A stretch of 64,000 nucleotides of DNA from Octopus vulgaris (taxonomy: Eukaryota), in contig OX597817.1 in NCBI GenBank assembly GCA_951406725.2, positions 28,148,001 to 28,212,000 on the forward strand, read 5' to 3'. Under the pieces are notes generated by a model that saw only the letters and a list, made by a program, of their open reading frames with translations, made no database searches and had not been told where the DNA came from. The stretch's first letter is position 1; every line of letters begins with the position of its first letter. Below are positions 55,056 through 64,000 of this stretch, one piece after another. The position numbers and the translations under genes are program-made.

Positions 55056-55308
55056 CAGTGGTTCTCAAACATTCTTTTGCCTATAAACCTTCTTTGATCC
55101 CCTATTTTACTCGGGTGGATCCTCATACCCTTCCAATGTTTAAAAGAATTCTGATATATTCTTATAATTAAATATTATCAGGAATTGTGCAAAAAAAATT
55201 TGAGTATTTTCTTGTAGAAGTATAACTAGTTATTGTACATAAATTTTAACAATTAAATTCTTATATGGAGCCCCAAAAGGTCATCTTCACCCCGGTTGAG
55301 AACTACTG
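55056..55308. mobile_element. hAT (Charlie-like) MITE
   Basis: TIRs CAGTGGTTCTCAA / TTGAGAACTACTG; TSD TATTAATC / CATTAAAC (6/8). Confidence 0.75.
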
Positions 55309-55628
55309 CATTAAACTATGCATACATAAACCTTGCATTTCTACAAATGTCTATCATAGCCATACATTTCAGCTTCATTTGCTGAACTTAGAAATAATCT
55401 TCGCAGAGCTAACAGTGGAGGGCCTATGTGGTCCTGTTAACGAAATACCTTTCAGCGAGACCCTACTGTCTTAAACAACGTGGGACATTATCTACGTCTT
55501 AGGCCATGATATATAATACGGTGGAAAGATGGTCACGGTTGGAACGCGTTTTTATCATATTTCACCTTAACCAGTGACTAAACAAAATCCTCACTCCGTG
55601 AATAAAGATGCGTTTTATATATATATAT

Positions 55629-55794
55629 TGGCGCAGAAGTGGTTGTGTGGTAAGTAGCTTTCTTACCAACCACATGGTTCCGGGTTCAGTCCCACTACGT
55701 GACGCCTTGGGCAAGTGTCTTCTACTATAACCTCGGACCGACCAAAGCCTTGTGAATGGATTTGGTAGACGGAAACTGAAAGAAACCTGTCGTG

Positions 55795-55860
<66 letters not shown>

Positions 55861-55997
55861 TGTGTGTTTGTCTCTCCAGCATCGCTTGACAACCGATGCT
55901 GGTGCGGTTCGGCAAAAGAGACCGATAGAATAAGGCCTGGAGTCAATTTGCTTGACTAAAGGCAGTGCTCCAGCATGCCTGCAATCAAATGACTGAA

Positions 55998-55998
<1 letters not shown>
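55629..55998 (+). mobile_element. SINE family A with internal deletions
   Basis: Matches the family consensus. Confidence 0.88.
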
Positions 55999-56045
<47 letters not shown>

Positions 56046-56289
56046 CTGTCTAAAGGTAAGGATCACGGTATAGAAAGCTAGTAAGCATCGAGCTGTCCGT
56101 AGAAGGTATAAAAACACAACTTTCTGGAACAATAGTAGTTTATTGATCTAGAAGGTTGTAAATTTTTCCCATATCGAAATTCGATAAGCCAAAGAAGTTA
56201 TTTTATAATTCACGTTTAGCAAGTGGGGTTGTTTTGTATGCGAATAATAAATGCAAAATTAAGGAAAGAAGTAGATAAAATCCAGACTA

Positions 56290-56605
56290 CATACCAATCT
56301 TAAGAAATTAGGCTTCTCAAAACCAGAAAGGAGAAAGCTGATTCAAAGGCTACAGATTCAGTCCATCACTGAAACTGTAAAAATCTGTAAAACTATCCAG
56401 AAGTTTATCATTTAAGTATATATATATATATATGCATGTCTAGATGTTACGGAGAATACATACATAAAACAAAACATACAAATTGGCACATATACATAGA
56501 AAAATATACTGTTGGTGTTGAGATTCCAATGAGGGAGCCTTGGATCTAGGTTAGAAACCAGCTCTTTCTCTATTGGCAAGAAATCTTGAAATAATACTGA
56601 ATAAT
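56290..56605 (+). mobile_element. 3' end of a non-LTR retrotransposon (probably RLE-type) with 3' UTR
   Basis: HTNLKKLGFSKPERRKLIQRLQIQSITETVKICKTIQKFII*, followed by a UTR that is also present inverted at 26818-26965. Confidence 0.55.
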
Positions 56606-56721
56606 GACATACATACATACATACATACATACATACGTACATACGTACATACGTACGTACGTACATACACACATACATACATACACACATACATACATAC
56701 ATACATACATACATACATACA

Positions 56722-56755
<34 letters not shown>

Positions 56756-57290
56756 CATGCTGGAACCATTTTAAGATTTATCATTGGACGACTTGCTAAA
56801 AATATCTGTGAATATAGCCCGAAGTCTAAAAGCTCCTCTTATGTTTTTAAGCTTTGAATAAGCTTTCACATACTGAACTTTTCGGTAATCAGGCTATACT
56901 ATACGGCATTTAATATAATCTTAACTGCGATTTTGTGTCTTCTTTGGTCCTCACTTCTGTCGCATCTTCATAATAGCCTTTCACTCTCTGTTATTTGCTT
57001 TCGTTTCTTTCTGGTATTTTATTCACTCGAAAGCAATGTACGTATTTCCCTCTTTTTAGTGTTGTTAATCTTTATTCACCTATATTTGATTCTTTTCACT
57101 TGTCTCTGCGTTTTTATTTCATTATTTGTTTTGTACTTAGACATCCATAAATACATATATATATATACATACATGTATTTATTTACGTATATGTGTACAC
57201 ACATACGCATATATGTATGTAAGTACGTATGCGCCTATGCGTATGTAGGTGTGTGTGCATGTGTGTGTGTCTGTCTGTATGTATGCATAT

Positions 57291-57341
<51 letters not shown>

Positions 57342-57449
57342 GAGAGAGAGAGAGAGAGAGAAGGAAAGAAAAAAGTGAGAGAGAGAAAATGAGAGATACA
57401 GACAGGCAGGTAGACAGCTATATATAATCATAAATATAATCTAGATAGA

Positions 57450-57990
57450 TAGATACATACATTCATACATACATACATTCATACACACATACATACATAC
57501 ATACATACATACATTCATACACACATACATACATACATACATACATTCATTTATTCATATATACATACATTCATTCATATATACATACATACATTCATTC
57601 ATATATACATACATACATTCATTCATATATACATACATACATTCATTCATATATACATACATACATTCATTCATATATACATACATACATTCATTCATAC
57701 ATACATACATACATTCATACATACATACATACATACATACATACATACATACATACATACATACATACATACATACATACATTCATTCATATATACATAC
57801 ATACACATACATACATACATTCATTCATATATACATACATGCATTCATTCATTCATATATACATACATACACATACATACATTCATACACACAGACATAC
57901 ACATACATACATTCATACACACAGACATACATACATACATTCATTCATATATACATACATACACAGACTTACATACATTCATACATATAT
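57450..57990. repeat. (CATA)/(CATT) microsatellite with a 24-bp higher-order unit
   Basis: ATATACATACATACATTCATTCAT repeated about 5 times at 57560-57700. Confidence 0.9.
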
Positions 57991-58268
57991 TCAAACATAC
58001 ATATGTATGTATACAGATCTTTCCCGCATACCGTCTATGTTTCACAAACGCACTAAGACTCCCATAATTTTTAGTAGTCTTCACTATTTTACCAATATTT
58101 ATATTTGTTTTTATCTATATCGAAATTTGCAGCTATCCATCGTTTGTCTTAGATTCTAATACAAGATTCTAATCTTGAGTCTGTAATTTGGTCCCCTATT
58201 TTTTTTCTTTGGCACATCCGATCCATTTTCGTATCTCCATTCTCTTAATATTTTTAGTAACGTTTATA

Positions 58269-58666
58269 TCTTTATATATAAAAGATAAGTTGTGTGTCTG
58301 TCTCCTACGATTTAGATTCCTAACTACTCCCACATTTTGCGGTGCAGTTTAACTAAAACCGGGTATCTTATAGTCGTGATTCATATCGAGCCTTTCAGGG
58401 TATTAGCGCGCGTCTACGATGAATCTACGATTTTAAAAATAATTTACCATAATTTTTTTCCATTTTAATGCATTTTTTCGCTATTATATAAGGGAACTAA
58501 CTCTCTAAAAATGTCTACGATGAGTCAACGATTTAAAAAAAATTTTACCATCATTTTTTTTTCCATTTTTAATGCATTTTTTGCTATTTATTGGCTATAA
58601 CTCTCTAAAAATGCTTATATAGTTATTTCCCTTACAAACCCGAGCAACGCCGGGTTATACTGCTTG
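58269..58666 (+). mobile_element. Non-autonomous Helitron
   Basis: A|TCTTTATATATAAAA 5' end; 3' hairpin CCCG-AGCAACGC-CGGG then CTTG|T (CTAG variant); internal duplication of about 100 bp; no TSD. Confidence 0.75.
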
Positions 58667-58832
58667 TATTTATATAAATGGTATAATTTCTCTCGCAACA
58701 CAAAGTTCCTTTTGAAGTGACACCTACGACATGTTTCTGTAAAAATCTGAATAATTTCTCTTCGTTTGTTCACTTCATATTCAAAGTTCCCACGCAAACG
58801 AACAATAAGCTACACACACACACGCATATATA

Positions 58833-59392
58833 TAATTAAATTAGGCTGCTGTTTAGCAATATATTACCAAAAGGAAAACTATAATTGCCATTAAATTCGA
58901 CAGATGGTGTTAGAACACCTGTAATGCTAGAAATAAGAGGTAAAGCGTTCAGATATTGCAGTCAACGCACTTAATAGTATACATACATACTGACAGGGAC
59001 TGTAGACAGCCGAAAGTGATACCGTGATATTCCTGTACCGTTGATGGTTCCGGCTTTAGACCGAAACCTTATCGGTAGGATCGGCACACCTCTCCAGTTT
59101 CCGGACAAGATCGCCAGCAGTATATATGTTTTACTCCATAGAAATCTATGGATAATTTAGAGAAACTCTAATGTGTACAGAAATAATTAAATTAAGCAGT
59201 TGTTTAGTAATGTATCACCAAAGAGGAAAACCATAATTGTCATTAAATATGACAGAGGATGTTAGAGCACCTGCAATGCTAGAAATAAGAGCTAAAGTGC
59301 TCTGATGCTGCAATCAACGTACATAATCGTATGCATACATATTGACAGCGACCTTAAATGGCCGACAGTGTACCATCGACGGTTTCGGCTTT
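58833..59392 (+). repeat. Diverged direct repeat, period about 350 bp
   Basis: 58833-59058 aligns with 59184-59392 (TAATTAAATTA ... ATGCTAGAAATAAGAG ... GGTT.CGGCTTTA). Confidence 0.8.
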
Positions 59393-59413
59393 ATATATAT
59401 ATCAGATAGATAA

Positions 59414-59812
59414 AGGCGACGGGCTGGCAGTAACGTTAGCATGCCGGGCGAAGATACTTAACGGTATCTCGTCTGCCTTTACGTTCTGAGTTCCAATTCC
59501 GCCGAGGTCGACTTTGCCTTTCATCCTTTCGGGGTCGATAAATTAAGGACCAGTTACGCACTGGGGTCGATATAATCGACTTAATCCCTTTGTCTGTCCT
59601 TGTTTGTCCCCTCTGTGTTTAGCCCCTTGTGGGTAGTAAAGAAATAGGTATTTCGAGTGCCGCTACGTTCTGAGTTCCAATTCCGCCGCGGTCGACTTTT
59701 CCTTTCATCCTTTCGAGGTCGGTAAATTAAGTACCAGTTACGTACTTGTGTCGATCTAATCGACTGGCTCCCTCTCCCAAATTTTGGGCCTCGTGCCTAG
59801 AGTAGAAAAGAA
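59414..59812 (+). mobile_element. Dimeric SINE family B
   Basis: Head-body-tail1, then |GGTATTTCG-body-tail2. Confidence 0.88.
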
Positions 59813-60357
59813 TATATCAGATAGATAGGGAGATAGATGTAAATATATATGTATATCGTATATACATACATAAATACAAACATGCATACATACGTACATG
59901 TGTATGTGTGTGCGTGTGCGTGCGTGTGTGTGTAGGTTTATTTATATGCATATGCATACACACATATACATATAAGGCGTGTCTGTGTGGTAAGAAGTTT
60001 GTTTCTCAACCACATGTTTCAGGGTTCAGTCCACTGCATGGCACCTTGTGTAAGTGTCTTCTACTACAGCTCAGTCAGCCAAAGCTTTGTGAACAGATTT
60101 GATAGACGGAGAGCAAATGAAGCCCGACGCGTGTATGTGTAATGTGCATATATATATATATATGTGTGTGAGTGTGTGTATGTGTATGTATGTGTATCTA
60201 GGGTTGTATGAATGTGTATTCATGTGTGTCTGTCTGTCTGTCTTCTACCAACGCCTGACAACTGTTGCTGGCTTATTAATGTCCCTATATCCTAGCGGTT
60301 CGTGCTAAGATACCGACAAAATAAGTTGAAGTCTTTAAAAACATAAGTACTAGGGAT

Positions 60358-60890
60358 GTAATAATGAAAGCGAAATTCTGCCCTTGTCTGTCTGTATCTT
60401 AGTCTAAATTTGCTCTACATAGGCATAATATACGTTTTTGGAATCAGGATGATCCCAGGATTGAAAATCTGCCCCTTATTTAGTTCTTGAGCATCCAGCA
60501 TTAGGATCTGATCTAAAAGCATTTGGGTTGCTATTTCTAGCAGGTAAAGCTTGATTGATTTACACCATTTTGACTGAGTAATGCCATATGACGTCAGAGA
60601 TCAAGGAAGAGATAAATGACATTGGCTTCGATGATTTTACGTCGTGATAAGAACATTGGAACAAATTGGCCAACAGTTGGAATTCAGCTTGGGACTAGAA
60701 CAATAGAATAGCTTCGTTACAGATTAATTCTCATCCGCCCTTATCCTTTGATAAAACACTACCAGGGCATATAGTCATTATAGACGTGTTATGTTCATGC
60801 TATTCAGCTGTCTTTGGTTTTGGGCCGCCGGAATTAGTCCTCTGCAGGAGCCACCCCAAAAGCCCGCACGGAGTGCGGCTTTTAAGCTAC
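60358..60890 (+). mobile_element. Possible non-autonomous Helitron
   Basis: 3' hairpin CCGCAC-GGA-GTGCGG followed by CTTTTAAGCTAC|T; 5' boundary uncertain. Confidence 0.4.
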
Positions 60891-61913
60891 TATAGTATAT
60901 AACGGTATGCATATATACAGTTTCCCTCTACTTAATTTACTTGGAACGTATTGGTCGGCCAGGGGCTATAATAGAAGATATTTGATTAAAGCGCAACTTA
61001 CGGAGACTGAAAAGTCAGTGTCCCTTTGCTTCAATAGAATGAGTTTACTGACAATAGTTATATATAGTAATGGGATTATTGGAATATTGGAAGGCTAAGA
61101 TTGATAAGATTGTATACCTAACCTGCAGAGGGATGGAGTTCTCCAGTTCAACAACAGAAATTTGCCGAGGTGCTTGCAACCTGTGAAAATTTCCTATCTC
61201 GAGTTCCAAGATCTGTTTATCCCTATCTCCTTTGACCGCTTGCACTCGAGATCGAGAATTTTTACAAGATGCAAGCATCTTGACAAGTTTCTGTTATAAA
61301 CCTAGAGAACTCCATCCCCTTCGGATTAGGCATACAGACTTAGAAACTTTAGCCTTCTTCTATCCGATTAAACCCATTAACTACTGTTATAAAATAATAC
61401 CAGTATTCTCCGTCAAACGGGTCAAGGTAACATAACTCTATGACTCTTTACCTCGAAGCCTCATTTTTATCCTTATTTTCTTTACCTTCGTTAATCACTT
61501 TTTCTCAAAGAACCATTACTACCATTGAAAGATTACAGAAGAGGACACGGCACACTATACCAAACCATCCGATTACTGTATTGTCTGAGCACGAAACTTA
61601 TAGTATAGTAGCTCGCATATAAATCCTGAGTTTATTAAATAATATACCTGCGTACATGCGTGTGTTCGTGCGTGTGTGTGTGGGGTGGTTATGTATTCAT
61701 ATATATTCACACACACAGACACACGCATACGCACCGGTGTATAATATAATTTTATCATACAGCCCGAGGTCTCAGAGTAAAACAAATTGCTTATATCAAA
61801 ATATATTCATATATAATACGGTTTCATGTTAAGCAGAACCGTCAGAGAGTTGGAAAACAAAAATTTTTGAGATTTGAAAATTTTCCGGACGAAAATCAGA
61901 TCACATTTTATAT

Positions 61914-61976
<63 letters not shown>

Positions 61977-62217
61977 ATACATAATACGCACACTCAAACG
62001 AGCATACATAGGTATGTGCTGATCATATAATTCATATATCTCTTTTCAAGCGGTAAACTGTTTTTAGAAGGAACAGAATATCATAGAATCTTCGGTAGAC
62101 GATGTTAATGAATAAATAAAGTTGTTATAACTCAAGATTGAATATATACGTTTTATTAAAGGTGTATGTATCCTACTTAATGTTCCTATAAGATATGTAT
62201 GTGTATATACATACATA

Positions 62218-62280
<63 letters not shown>

Positions 62281-62921
62281 TATGAATGGGAAGAGAGATG
62301 TGGAAGATAGGCTGCAATTAAATGCGTTTGAAATGGAATAGAAGCAATTGTTCAGATGTCGCAATATGGCGGCTATCTTTAAGAAATGGAAAAACAAACA
62401 AAACTATAATTCTGGATCTGTTGTAAAAAGCTGTCAAAATTCACTTTATTCATTTAGAAAGAAATGTCTTATCAAGTTCGTGAATGCAGCTAGCTGAGAA
62501 TCACTAATTTTATTTTCATATGGTTGCGTGAAACCGATTAAGCACCAACTATTTCCAATAGTTCCAGGGTTAAAATGTGATATCTGATAGAGAAAATAAT
62601 ACATACAGGAATCTTTATATCTCTGCTTCTTTGTGAAGTCATCTAAACGAAATGAAGAATTAATTTTTTTTTACTCTTTTTTATGTTCAAAGTTTGAAAG
62701 TGACATAATGTAGATTTTTACTTATGAAAAATCTGTATCCGGACTGGTTGCAGTATATGTATATGGGAGACTACACTAAAGTGGTTTTAAACTCTTCCTT
62801 TGACCATCCCTATTTTGATGTTATGCTCTAAAAGGATATAGATGTTATGTCACATGCGTGATGTGCTTATTTAGATATACATAAACGCCCGAATGCCATA
62901 CAAGCATACATACAGCTTTAC

Positions 62922-62984
<63 letters not shown>

Positions 62985-63603
62985 TTACATATATGCACAT
63001 AGAAGAATGTCTCTAAACTCCGCCTTATAATACAAGCATAAATGCATACTGAATGTTCAACTATGTTTTATATCTCTGTATTGGATATATAATATAATGA
63101 ACCAGGGAGGAAGAAAGTATGTACACGACGTACTACTGTTACTATTACAGAAGAGTCGAAGCTCTATATCAAAGACTCAGTGAACTGCTACCAACAAGAT
63201 GATTCTTTATTTTGGCACTACGCCCATAACACAAAGAGGACAGCACCAGGACAGACAGGGCACTACAGTGGGGACATAAAACACATAACGAACGAATGAA
63301 GGATGAATTATAATAATGGGGATCAAATGGTTGCAAGCTCCACACTCGCAGGCAGTATCATTTTAAATGCTTTATTTATGTTTTTATATCTTTTTTCCTT
63401 TCTTCTCTTTTTCCCTTTTTGTATCAGTTTTATAGTCATTAAAATTCTAAACATTTACTAACTATTTTTCTTTTTTCTTATTTTTTTCCTCTTTTTTCAT
63501 CATTTTATGTACGGTATTAGGTCCTCATAATCTATTACAGGCGGCAAGTCATCAAACTCCACGCGTACTCCTGCTGGGTCTATCTTATTTCCGAATAATT
63601 TTC

Positions 63604-64000
63604 TCAGCCTGTGTCATCTTTGGGGTGGAGTCTCCCATATCTACTTAGCAACTGCCTTGTCTTTCTGTTTAAGCTATTTACTTCGTCTACTGTCCATGCG
63701 ATTACCCCTGCTCCATATCTAAGGAGTGAAACAGCCCAGGTATTGATAGCTTCGATCTTATTCCGTCCGTTTAATTTCGACTTAAGGATCAGTCTCAATC
63801 TTTGCAAGTACTCCACCTTAAATTCTTCTGTCATTTCTTTCTTCATCAATTTTCCATTTCAAAAATCCCCAAGTACTTATAGCCCGTCTCTTCTATCTGC
63901 TTCATAACCTCCCCCGACGGTGTCGCTAGCCCGCCCATACATTTGATTTTGCTTCTCTTCAAGTCTAACACACCACACTTTCTCAGTCCGAACTCCATTC
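63604..64000 (-). mobile_element. R4/Dong-like non-LTR retrotransposon RT fragment (frameshifted, runs off window)
   Basis: MEFGLRKC, YKYLG and EYLQRLRLILKSKLNGRNKIEAINTWAVSLLRYGAG..W..NRKTR..LHPK. Confidence 0.88.

Noticed and set aside
56522-56578. CCAATGA...GAAACC HHR-like motif (also at 26840-26892 minus)
   Set aside because: Both copies have CCAATGA rather than CTGANGA, and CCAAT pairs with the downstream ATTGG; better explained as a 3' UTR stem-loop of a LINE.

Overview
AT-rich, repeat-saturated animal genomic DNA. The SINE families and extreme microsatellite density are consistent with an octopus/cephalopod genome (inference). No intact protein-coding gene is visible, and almost all of the ORF track is translated microsatellite or SINE sequence. 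The window holds several tRNA-derived SINE families, decayed LINE fragments (RTE, R4/Dong-like), two mariner relics plus a Tc1/mariner-like fragment, Helitron-like elements, and hAT-like and GGATC-ended MITEs. Two signals stand out. (1) Several small hammerhead-ribozyme (HHR) motifs sit in microsatellite-associated, Penelope-like repeats. They include compensatory base changes between copies, an inverted-repeat element with an HHR motif in each arm, and a candidate non-circularly permuted (pseudoknotted) HHR at 31952-32015. (2) A single CpG-rich promoter-like, hairpin-rich island at about 44990-45520 is enclosed by long inverted repeats. A few weak candidate exons on the minus strand suggest the window may be intronic. 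All calls were made by eye, and repeat boundaries are approximate unless a TSD is quoted.
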